Positions 31,916-39,676 of a DNA stretch of 64,000 nt are shown here, piece by piece. Each line of letters starts with the position of its first letter. The stretch's first letter is position 1. The DNA lies in NCBI GenBank assembly GCA_963718235.1, contig CAVQYR010000002.1, positions 800,001 to 864,000 of the forward strand, written 5' to 3'. Source of the DNA: an uncultured Actinomycetota bacterium. Its GTDB lineage: Bacteria > Actinomycetota > Actinomycetes > JAHEKZ01. Both the position numbers and the translations under genes were made by a program. The notes under the pieces were generated by a model, which worked only from the letters and a program-made list of their open reading frames with translations, ran no database searches and was not told where the DNA came from.

Positions 31916-32422
31916 GTGACCGCGCGACTGGCCGACCCACGAACTGACGTCGTCGCTGTGCTCCGTCGGTTCCACGCAGCGGTGGCCGAGCGCCGCGGCG
32001 AGCAGGAAGTCGTCGATGCGGTCGCCTCCTTCGCCCGTGAGACCTTCGCGGCGGCGTCGGTGACGGTCAACCACATGGACCACGTGCGCGGCCACTATCG
32101 GTCAGTGGTCAACCTCGGTCACCTCGGACCGGGTGAGTCGCTGCACCCGGCCGACGAGACCCACGGGTTCGCCGACTACCCGTGGACCACGATGGCGCTG
32201 CTCGCCGGCCGCGGCTACCGCTCCCACCTGTCGGACCCCGACTGCCCGGTGGAGTACCAGCAGCTGCTGCGCAGGCTGGGCAAGCCGGCGTGCCTCGGCG
32301 CGCCCATCCGCAGACAGGGAACGGTGATGGGTGAGCTGTGGCTCAGCCGGGACGACCCGTTCGCCGACCGCGACGTCGACCTGCTGACGGCGCTCGGGGC
32401 AGCGACCGCCCGCTACCTGTGA
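31916..32422 (+). CDS. Stand-alone GAF domain protein
   Basis: FADYPWT...CLGAPIRRQGTVMGELWLSR...F...DVDLL GAF-like pattern. Confidence 0.75.
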   Translation: MTARLADPRTDVVAVLRRFHAAVAERRGEQEVVDAVASFARETFAAASVTVNHMDHVRGHYRSVVNLGHLGPGESLHPADETHGFADYPWTTMALLAGRGYRSHLSDPDCPVEYQQLLRRLGKPACLGAPIRRQGTVMGELWLSRDDPFADRDVDLLTALGAATARYL

Positions 32423-32514
32423 AAGGCCCTGCCGCGGGGGCGGTCAGGGACCTGCGGGGGCCGGCTTCGGTGTCCGGGTCTCGCCGGTGAGGTCGGGTCA
32501 GTAGGCTCGTCCTC

Positions 32515-33543
32515 GTGACGCGATACGGACCCATGTTCGGCCCAGACATCACCTTCCTCGGCGTGCCGCGCTGCACCGTCGACGAGCCGGACACCTACGC
32601 CGATGCCGACGTCGTCATCGTCGGGGCGCCCTTCGACGGCGGCACCTCGCACCGACCTGGGACGAGGTTCGGTCCGATGGCCATGCGGGGCACCGACTAC
32701 CTCCCCCACGACGGCTCGCGCCCGCACATGGCGATGCGGGTCGATGCGCTCACCGACGACCTGACCGTCGTCGACGCCGGTGACCTCGAGGTGTACTCCG
32801 GCGACGTCGTCCGCAGCTGCGCCACGATCGAGCAGGCCGTGAGCACGATCGCCGCAGCCGGCAAGGTGCCCCTCGTCCTGGGTGGTGACCACACGATCAC
32901 CTGGCCCGACGTCACCGGTGTGGCGCATGCGTACGGTTTCGGCCGGGTCGCGGTCATCCACTTCGACGCCCACGCCGACACCGGCGACATCGAGTTCGGG
33001 TCGCTGTACGGACACGGTCAGCCGATGCGCAGGCTGATCGAGTCCGGGGCGGCGCGAGGGGACCGGTTCCTGCAGATCGGGTTGCGCGGCTACTGGCCCG
33101 GCCCGGAGACCCTCGACTGGATGGCCGACGAGGGCATGCGGTCGTTCCACATGAGCGAGATCGTCGAGCGCGGTCTCGACGCAGTGCTCGACGAGGCCTT
33201 CTCGATCGCGACCGACGACTGCGACGCGGTGTTCTTGTCCGTGGACATCGACGTCTGCGACCCCGGGCACGCGCCCGGAACCGGCACGCCAGAGCCCGGA
33301 GGGCTCACGGCCCGCCAGCTGCTCGACGCGGTGTCCCGGATCTGCTACGAGCTGCCGGTGGCGGGGATTGACGTGGTCGAGGTCTCCCCGCCGTACGACC
33401 ACGCCGAGATCACCGTGCTGCTCGGCAACCGGGTCGTGCTGGAGTCCTTGGCCGGGCTGGCCCGCCGGGCCCGCGACGCGGAGTCCGGGACCGTGTGGAA
33501 CCGGGCCACGCCCCTGCTGGACGGTCGCGGCACCGCGCGCTGA
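32515..33543 (+). CDS. speB: Agmatinase-family ureohydrolase
   Basis: GGDHT, HFDAHAD, DIDVCDPGHAPGTGTPEPGG, VEVSPPYD; exact substrate uncertain. Confidence 0.88.
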   Translation: MTRYGPMFGPDITFLGVPRCTVDEPDTYADADVVIVGAPFDGGTSHRPGTRFGPMAMRGTDYLPHDGSRPHMAMRVDALTDDLTVVDAGDLEVYSGDVVRSCATIEQAVSTIAAAGKVPLVLGGDHTITWPDVTGVAHAYGFGRVAVIHFDAHADTGDIEFGSLYGHGQPMRRLIESGAARGDRFLQIGLRGYWPGPETLDWMADEGMRSFHMSEIVERGLDAVLDEAFSIATDDCDAVFLSVDIDVCDPGHAPGTGTPEPGGLTARQLLDAVSRICYELPVAGIDVVEVSPPYDHAEITVLLGNRVVLESLAGLARRARDAESGTVWNRATPLLDGRGTAR

Positions 33544-33584
33544 GGCCCCCGCGAGGCAGGTCGGCCCCGCGGCTGATCGCACTG

Positions 33585-33599
33585 ATTACTCTGCGTGAC
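33585..33599. promoter_or_regulatory. Putative BldD box ATTACTCTGCGTGAC
   Basis: Matches all fixed positions of the Streptomyces BldD consensus NTNACNC(A/T)GNGTNAN. Confidence 0.5.
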
Positions 33600-33731
33600 G
33601 ATGCCTGACCCCTCGTGTCCACCCGTTCGGGCGACCAACTCCGGCCCCCGCGATGGCGACAACTAGTCCCAGGGGGGACCGAGCTACCGGCCGTTCCCAC
33701 CCGTTCGTCGCAACGCAAGGGAAGGGGAGCG

Positions 33732-33836
33732 ATGAAGAAGATCGACAAGGGGACCCTGGTGCGCGGCTCTGCCGCACTCGCAGGTCTCGTCGCCCTGGTC
33801 TCCACGGTCGGAGCCGGGACCAAGTGGATGCACTGA
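33732..33836 (+). CDS. Small peptide 1 (34 aa) MKKIDKGTLVRGSAALAGLVALVSTVGAGTKWMH
   Basis: RBS GGGGAG upstream; basic N-terminus, hydrophobic core; paralog immediately downstream. Confidence 0.8.
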   Translation: MKKIDKGTLVRGSAALAGLVALVSTVGAGTKWMH

Positions 33837-33848
33837 GAGGGGGATGAC

Positions 33849-33953
33849 ATGGAAGACATCAAGACCGCAGTCATCTCTCGGGTCTTGATCAGCGCCGGCA
33901 CGGTCGTGACTCTCGTCTCGGTCGTCGGTGCAGGTCGGAAATGGTGTCACTGA
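33849..33953 (+). CDS. Small peptide 2 (34 aa) MEDIKTAVISRVLISAGTVVTLVSVVGAGRKWCH (not in ORF track)
   Basis: RBS GAGGGGG; 14/34 ungapped identity to peptide 1, 11/15 in the C-terminal part; overlaps start of GGDEF-EAL ORF. Confidence 0.8.
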   Translation: MEDIKTAVISRVLISAGTVVTLVSVVGAGRKWCH

Positions 33954-36079
33954 CACCACGCCGTGGAGGGGTCGCCGGCTCGCCGGCGGCCCCTCGTCGT
34001 CATGACACGTTGCCGCTCGAGGTCTACATCGCCACGGTGTCGGTCATCGGTGTCTCCCTGCTCGCCCTGACCTGGTGGTTGGTCCCACCTGCCTTGATGT
34101 TCAGCGCCGCGACCTGGACCGATGCCACGTCGCCGGTGACCGTCGTCCTGCTGCTCGGCATCGCGCTCGTGCTCGGTGAGCTGCGCCCGATCCCGATCTC
34201 GCGCGGAGGCGACCTCACCGACTGGATCTCCATCTCGACCACGTTCGCTGTGGCCCTGATCGTCCTGGGGCCGGTCAGTGTCGCCGTCGTCGCGCAGGCC
34301 GCGGCCGTCCTGATCGACGACGTGCGGATGCGCCGCGCGTTCAGCAAGGTGGCGTTCAACGTCGGCCAGTACGTCATCACGATCATCGCGGCCCGGGTGG
34401 TCTACAGCCTGGTCTCGGGCACCCCCTTCGCGGCGCCGGCCACCACCTTCGAACCGACACCGGCAGCACTGCTCGGTGCGATCGCGGCGGGAGCCATGTT
34501 CGTGCTCGTCAACCACGGGCTCGTGTCGACCGTGGTCGCACTCCAGAGCCGGCAGCCGATCCTGGTGATCATGAGCGGTGACATCCGCTTCCAGTCCATG
34601 ACCAACGGGGTCCTGGCGGCGCTCGGTCCCATCGCCGCGGTCGCCGTGCAGCAGCAACCGCTCATGCTGCCCCTCCTCATCGCACCGGTCCTGGCGGTGT
34701 ACCGCAGCGCCGACCTGGCGATCCAGAAGGAGCGACAGGCGCACCACGACACCCTGACCGAGCTGCCGAACCGCGAGCTCTTCCGCGACAAGGCGGAGCG
34801 GGCGCTGGCCGAGTCCCAGCGGTCGGGCGTGCCGCTCGCGGTGATGATGATCGACCTGGACCACTTCAAGGAGATCAACGACACCCTGGGCCACCACATC
34901 GGCGACGACCTGATCCGAGAGGTCGCCACCAGGCTGGACCAGGCGCGTCCCATCGGCTCCACGGTGGCCCGCCTGGGCGGTGACGAGTTCGCCGTCCTGC
35001 TGCCCGACGTACCAGACCTCTCGGTGGCCGAGGAGGTCGCCACGTACATGCTCTCGGTGCTCGGCAAGTCGCTGTCCGCCGGCGGGGTGCGGCTCGTCGT
35101 CCAGGCCAGCATCGGGATCTCGCTGGCGCCCGACCACGGGCACGACGTGCACACCCTGATGAAGAACGCCGACATCGCGTTGTACGAGGCCAAGCGGGAG
35201 CGAGCCAGGTTCTGCGCCTACCAGCCCGACGAGGACGTCCACACGCCGCAGCGGCTCGCGATCCTGGCCGACCTGCGCACCGCCGTGGACGAGGGGCAGC
35301 TCTTCCTGGAGTTCCAGCCCAAGATCGACCTGGCGACCGACACCGTGATGGGTGCGGAGGCCCTGGTGCGGTGGAACCACCCCACGCGGGGCATCATCAG
35401 GCCGGACGACTTCATCCCCCTCGCCGAGAACACCGGGCTGATCACCCCGATCACCTGGTTCGTCATCGAGCGGTCCCTGCAGCAGTGCCGCTACTGGCGT
35501 GACCAGGGCCTGCCCCTCGGGGTGGCGGTGAACCTCTCGGTGCGCCACCTCAGTGACATGAGCCTGCCCGACCGGATCGGCGTCGCCCTCGAACGCTGGG
35601 GTGTGCCGGCGTCGGAGCTCACCGTCGAGGTCACCGAGAGCAGCATCATGACCGACCCCCAGCGCGCGATGGGGGTCATCCGACACCTGCGCCAGGTGGG
35701 GATCGGTGTCGCGATCGACGACTACGGGACCGGCCACGCGTCGTTGACGTACCTCAAGCGTCTCGAGATCGACGAGCTGAAGATCGACAAGTCGTTCATC
35801 ATGCACATGTCCGCCGAGGGCAACGACCCGATCATCGTCCGGTCGACCATCGAGCTGGGGCACAACCTCGGACTCCGGATCGTGGCCGAGGGCGTCGAGG
35901 ACGCCGACACGTTGGGCTGGCTGCGCGAGGTGGGCTGTGACGTCGCCCAGGGCTACCACATGGCCCGACCGATGGCCCCGGAGGCCGTCGAGGAGCTGGC
36001 CCGACGCCGGCTGGGCGAGCCGACGGAGACGCCCGTGCTGTCCAGCGGCGGACGACTGCGCCTGGTGGGAACGGCATGA
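33941..36079 (+). CDS. Membrane-anchored GGDEF-EAL diguanylate cyclase/phosphodiesterase with multi-TM N-terminal sensor
   Basis: ~7 hydrophobic segments, DLDHFKEINDTLGH, RLGGDEF, EALVRW, DDYGTG, KIDKSF, AEGVE, QGY. Confidence 0.95.
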   Translation: MVSLTPRRGGVAGSPAAPRRHDTLPLEVYIATVSVIGVSLLALTWWLVPPALMFSAATWTDATSPVTVVLLLGIALVLGELRPIPISRGGDLTDWISISTTFAVALIVLGPVSVAVVAQAAAVLIDDVRMRRAFSKVAFNVGQYVITIIAARVVYSLVSGTPFAAPATTFEPTPAALLGAIAAGAMFVLVNHGLVSTVVALQSRQPILVIMSGDIRFQSMTNGVLAALGPIAAVAVQQQPLMLPLLIAPVLAVYRSADLAIQKERQAHHDTLTELPNRELFRDKAERALAESQRSGVPLAVMMIDLDHFKEINDTLGHHIGDDLIREVATRLDQARPIGSTVARLGGDEFAVLLPDVPDLSVAEEVATYMLSVLGKSLSAGGVRLVVQASIGISLAPDHGHDVHTLMKNADIALYEAKRERARFCAYQPDEDVHTPQRLAILADLRTAVDEGQLFLEFQPKIDLATDTVMGAEALVRWNHPTRGIIRPDDFIPLAENTGLITPITWFVIERSLQQCRYWRDQGLPLGVAVNLSVRHLSDMSLPDRIGVALERWGVPASELTVEVTESSIMTDPQRAMGVIRHLRQVGIGVAIDDYGTGHASLTYLKRLEIDELKIDKSFIMHMSAEGNDPIIVRSTIELGHNLGLRIVAEGVEDADTLGWLREVGCDVAQGYHMARPMAPEAVEELARRRLGEPTETPVLSSGGRLRLVGTA

Positions 36080-36089
36080 GGGGGACGAC

Positions 36090-36737
36090 ATGCTGATCCT
36101 CGTGCTGGCGGTTGCGGCTCTCGTGTCGCCCTTCCTGTTCGGTGGCCGGCTGAGTCGGCTGGCGCAGATCCACCTCACTGCCGTGTGGATCCCGGTCGCC
36201 GCGCTGCTGGCTCAGATCGTGATCATCGAGGTCGTTCCGGACGCCTCACGCGTGGTCCTCGAGGCGGTGCACCTGGCCACCTACGTGGCGGCCGGGGTGT
36301 TCGTGGTGCTCAACCGTCGGGTTCCCGGACTCTTGATCATCGCGGTCGGCGCTGCCCTGAACGGGGTGACGATCGCCCTGAACGGCGGAACCCTTCCGGC
36401 CAGTGAGGCCGCCCAGCGACTGGCGGGCATCGAGTCGACCCCCGGTGAGTTCATCAACTCCGCCGCGCTGACCGACCCGGTGCTTCCGATGTTCGGCGAC
36501 ATCTTCGCCTGGCCGGCGCCGCTGCCGCTGGCGAACGTGTTCAGCCTGGGCGATGTGGTCATCGTGTTCGGAGCGTTCTACGGCGCGCAGAAGATCTGCG
36601 GGTCCCGCCTGGTCAAGCCCTGGCAGGAACGGGCAACCGACGAGGCTTCGGCCAGCGGCTCCGACAGCGTTCGCAGCGTGTCGCAGGAGAGCAGTGCGGC
36701 TCCTCACGCTCCAACGGAGTCGACTCCTCTAGTCTGA
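36090..36737 (+). CDS. DUF5317 family membrane protein
   Basis: GGRLSRL, GAALN..IALNGG.LP, GDIF, NVFSLGD pattern; RBS GAGGGGG. Confidence 0.82.
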   Translation: MLILVLAVAALVSPFLFGGRLSRLAQIHLTAVWIPVAALLAQIVIIEVVPDASRVVLEAVHLATYVAAGVFVVLNRRVPGLLIIAVGAALNGVTIALNGGTLPASEAAQRLAGIESTPGEFINSAALTDPVLPMFGDIFAWPAPLPLANVFSLGDVVIVFGAFYGAQKICGSRLVKPWQERATDEASASGSDSVRSVSQESSAAPHAPTESTPLV

Positions 36738-36803
36738 CCGGATCGTTGGTCGTCACCTGGGCGGCGGCCAGGCTGCCGGCGTCCCGAAAGGACCCTCAAC
36801 TCC

Positions 36804-38024
36804 ATGCGAATCCTGCTCATCGGAGCCGGCGGCGTCGGCTCGGCCGTGGTTCCGATCGCGGCCCGGCGGTCGTTCTTCGAGACGATGGTGGTCGCCGACT
36901 ACGACCGCGCGCGAGCCGATCGGGCCGTGGCGCAGGTCGGGGACCCGCGGTTCGTGGCCGACCAGGTGGACGCGTCGAACGCCGAGTCCGTGGCGGACCT
37001 CGTCCGTTCGCACCGGATCACCCATGTGCTGAACGCGGTCGACCCGCGCTTCGTGCTGCCGATCTTCAACGGCGCACTCGCCGGAGGTTCCGACTACCTC
37101 GACCTGGCCATGTCGCTCTCCTTCCCGCACGCCGACGACCCCTACCACCAGACGGGGGTGAAGCTGGGTGACGAACAGTTCGCCGCCGCCAAGGAGTGGG
37201 AGCAGCACGGCCGCCTCGCGCTCGTCGGCATCGGCGTCGAGCCCGGGCTGTCCGACGTCTTCGCCCGATACGCGGCCGACGAGCTGTTCAGCGAGATCGA
37301 CGAGGCAGGGGTGCGTGACGGCTCCAATCTCGAGGTCGACGGGTACACGTTCGCGCCGTCCTTCTCGATCTGGACGACGATCGAGGAGTGCCTGAACCCA
37401 CCGGTGATCTGGGAGAAGGGCAGGGGATGGTTCACCACCGCCCCCTTCTCCGAGCCGGAGGTGTTCGACTTCCCCGACGGGATCGGACCGGTGGAGTGCG
37501 TGAACGTCGAGCACGAGGAGGTTCTGCTCATCCCACGATGGGTCGACTGCAAGCGGGCGACCTTCAAGTACGGGCTGGGCGAGGACTTCATCAACGTGCT
37601 GCAGGTGCTGCACAAGCTCGGGCTGGACCGCACCCAACCGCTGGCCGTCGGGTCGGTGGAGGTGAGCCCCCGTGACGTGGTGGCTGCCCTCCTGCCCGAC
37701 CCGGCCTCGCTCGGCGACCGGATGAGAGGCAAGACGTGTGCCGGCACGTGGGTCACCGGAACGGGCAAGGACGGGCGGCCGCGCCAGGTGTACCTGTACC
37801 ACGTCGTCGACAACGAGTGGTCGATGCGGGAGTACGGGTCGCAGGCCGTGGTGTGGCAGACAGCAGTGAACCCGGTGATCGCTCTGGAGCTGTTGTCCAA
37901 CGGGTCATGGTCGGGGGCCGGGGTCCTCGGACCGGAGGCCTTCCCGCCCGTCCCGTTCCTGGACGCCCTGGTCGACTACGGCTCACCGTGGGCGATCCGC
38001 GAGGAGACCCCGGCCGCCGAGTAG
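36804..38024 (+). CDS. Saccharopine dehydrogenase / carboxynorspermidine synthase family protein
   Basis: LIGAGGVG, GVEPGL, FSIWTTIEECLNP, VEHEEV, GPEAF. Confidence 0.88.
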   Translation: MRILLIGAGGVGSAVVPIAARRSFFETMVVADYDRARADRAVAQVGDPRFVADQVDASNAESVADLVRSHRITHVLNAVDPRFVLPIFNGALAGGSDYLDLAMSLSFPHADDPYHQTGVKLGDEQFAAAKEWEQHGRLALVGIGVEPGLSDVFARYAADELFSEIDEAGVRDGSNLEVDGYTFAPSFSIWTTIEECLNPPVIWEKGRGWFTTAPFSEPEVFDFPDGIGPVECVNVEHEEVLLIPRWVDCKRATFKYGLGEDFINVLQVLHKLGLDRTQPLAVGSVEVSPRDVVAALLPDPASLGDRMRGKTCAGTWVTGTGKDGRPRQVYLYHVVDNEWSMREYGSQAVVWQTAVNPVIALELLSNGSWSGAGVLGPEAFPPVPFLDALVDYGSPWAIREETPAAE

Positions 38025-38035
38025 CCGCGCGGCGG

Positions 38036-39394
38036 TCAGCTGCGGGGAGCCGAGCCCTGGTCAGAGAGCAGGTTGTCCAGGACGGGGCCGAGCACCGAGG
38101 CGATGGCCCGCGCCTTGCGCACCTGCTGGCGGGTCCAGGCCGTCTCCTCGGAGTGCGAGCACTCCAGCAGCCCGACTGCGCGGCCCGCGCTGGCCGCGGG
38201 CACCATCATCAGACTGCGCCAGCCGTGGGTGCCCATCCAGGCGATCTCGGCCGGGTCGGCCTCAGGGGCGCTCGCCAGGACCTGCGCCATCTGCATGCTC
38301 GAGAGCACGGCTCGGCTCGTGGCGTAGTCGGCGAGGGGGTAGCGGACCCCTTCGGGCTTCCATCGACCCGGTTCGACCGCCTCGAGCCACTGGCCGGTCG
38401 GGTCGACGAACGACAGGTCCGCCTGGTCGCAGCCGAGCACGTCGGCGACCATGACCATGAGTCGGGCGAGGGTGTCCAGGTCGGCGGCGTCGGACAGCCG
38501 GCCGATGAGGTGCTCCAGCGTGGGCGTGCCGTTGACCTCGGAACCGCGACCACCCACGGCCATGGCCCGTGCGAACGAGGACTCGCACGTGAGCCGCGCC
38601 GCCTCGCTCGCCTCCTCGAACTGCGCGACCGGCATGCCGATCACCCAGCCCTGCGCCTCGGCGACGTCCAGCTCGGCCAGGACGTAGAGGTCCTCCAGGC
38701 TCTCGACGCCCTCGGCGCACACCGCGGCGCCCACCTGGGCCGCGTAGCGCACGATCGCCTCGACCATGGCGGCCTTTCCGGGCTCGGACTCGACCCCGGT
38801 GACCAGCGAGCGGTCGAGCTTGAGCAGGTCGGGCGAGAGCGCCATGACGCGCTGGAGCCCCGCGTACCCCTCGCCGACGTCGTCGACGGCGATCCGGGCA
38901 CCGCGCCCGCGAAGGGCCTCCAGCACGAGGTGGACCCGGTCGGGGTCTTCGACCGCCTCAGTCTCGGTGATCTCGAACTGCAGCCCGGTGAGGTCGAACG
39001 GCAAGACGTTCTGCAACTCGTTGGAGCCGAGGACCGAGGGGCTGACGTTGACCGACAGGAGCACGCCGTCGGGTCGGTTCGCGCCGAGCTGGAGTGCTCG
39101 GTCGACGGCTCGCGCCTCGAGCATGGGTCCGAGCCCGACGCTGTGCGCCATGGTGAACCAACGGTCAGGGGTGAGCGAGGGGCCGCCATGGGTGAACCGG
39201 GCCAGCGCCTCGTAGGACAGGACCCGCCCGGTCGCCAGGCCGAGGATGGGTTGGACGACGATGCTCGGCGAACCGGCGTGCAGGGCCGTGACGACCAGCG
39301 AACGCACCTCGTCGCTGCCCAGGTCGACCGCCGGGTTCGAAGGGGGAGGTGTGGGCAGCGAGGAGCCGGACGTGCTCGTCGTGGTCATCGACAT
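38036..39394 (-). CDS. EAL phosphodiesterase with C-terminal GAF domain
   Basis: QPI, YEALARF, SVNVSP, EITE, DDVGEG, KLDRSL, AEGVE, QGW; C-terminal YPLADY...GLLE GAF. Confidence 0.9.
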   Translation of the reverse strand: MSMTTTSTSGSSLPTPPPSNPAVDLGSDEVRSLVVTALHAGSPSIVVQPILGLATGRVLSYEALARFTHGGPSLTPDRWFTMAHSVGLGPMLEARAVDRALQLGANRPDGVLLSVNVSPSVLGSNELQNVLPFDLTGLQFEITETEAVEDPDRVHLVLEALRGRGARIAVDDVGEGYAGLQRVMALSPDLLKLDRSLVTGVESEPGKAAMVEAIVRYAAQVGAAVCAEGVESLEDLYVLAELDVAEAQGWVIGMPVAQFEEASEAARLTCESSFARAMAVGGRGSEVNGTPTLEHLIGRLSDAADLDTLARLMVMVADVLGCDQADLSFVDPTGQWLEAVEPGRWKPEGVRYPLADYATSRAVLSSMQMAQVLASAPEADPAEIAWMGTHGWRSLMMVPAASAGRAVGLLECSHSEETAWTRQQVRKARAIASVLGPVLDNLLSDQGSAPRS

Positions 39395-39676
39395 CCGCTC
39401 GTCCTCACCCCTCACTGCGCTGGTCTCTGCTCACGCTCTGCCCGGCCCGTGTGCAGCGCCGAGCGCTGACCCGGTCCGGATGCGGAGGTGAGGGCCCCGC
39501 GGGACCCTCATGGGCCTTGGAGTCGGCAGGTGCACGGCCGCGATGTAGCGCCCGACGGGGGAGTGTGCCAGAGGTTACGCCGATCGGGTGAGGCCCGCAC
39601 GACCCTGGACAGGAGCGGTGCCGGGCCCTACCGTGGCGTCGCCCTGCGCCGGACGGCGCGGCGAACGGAGGCAGTG

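Noticed and set aside
32423-32514. Guanidine or other riboswitch upstream of the ureohydrolase
   Set aside because: No consensus elements; TAGGCT -10 directly before the GTG suggests a leaderless or very short-leader transcript.
33732-33953. Peptides as classical RiPP precursors or lipoproteins
   Set aside because: No modification enzymes or dedicated exporter adjacent and no lipobox Cys after the hydrophobic region; kept instead as signalling-peptide candidates.
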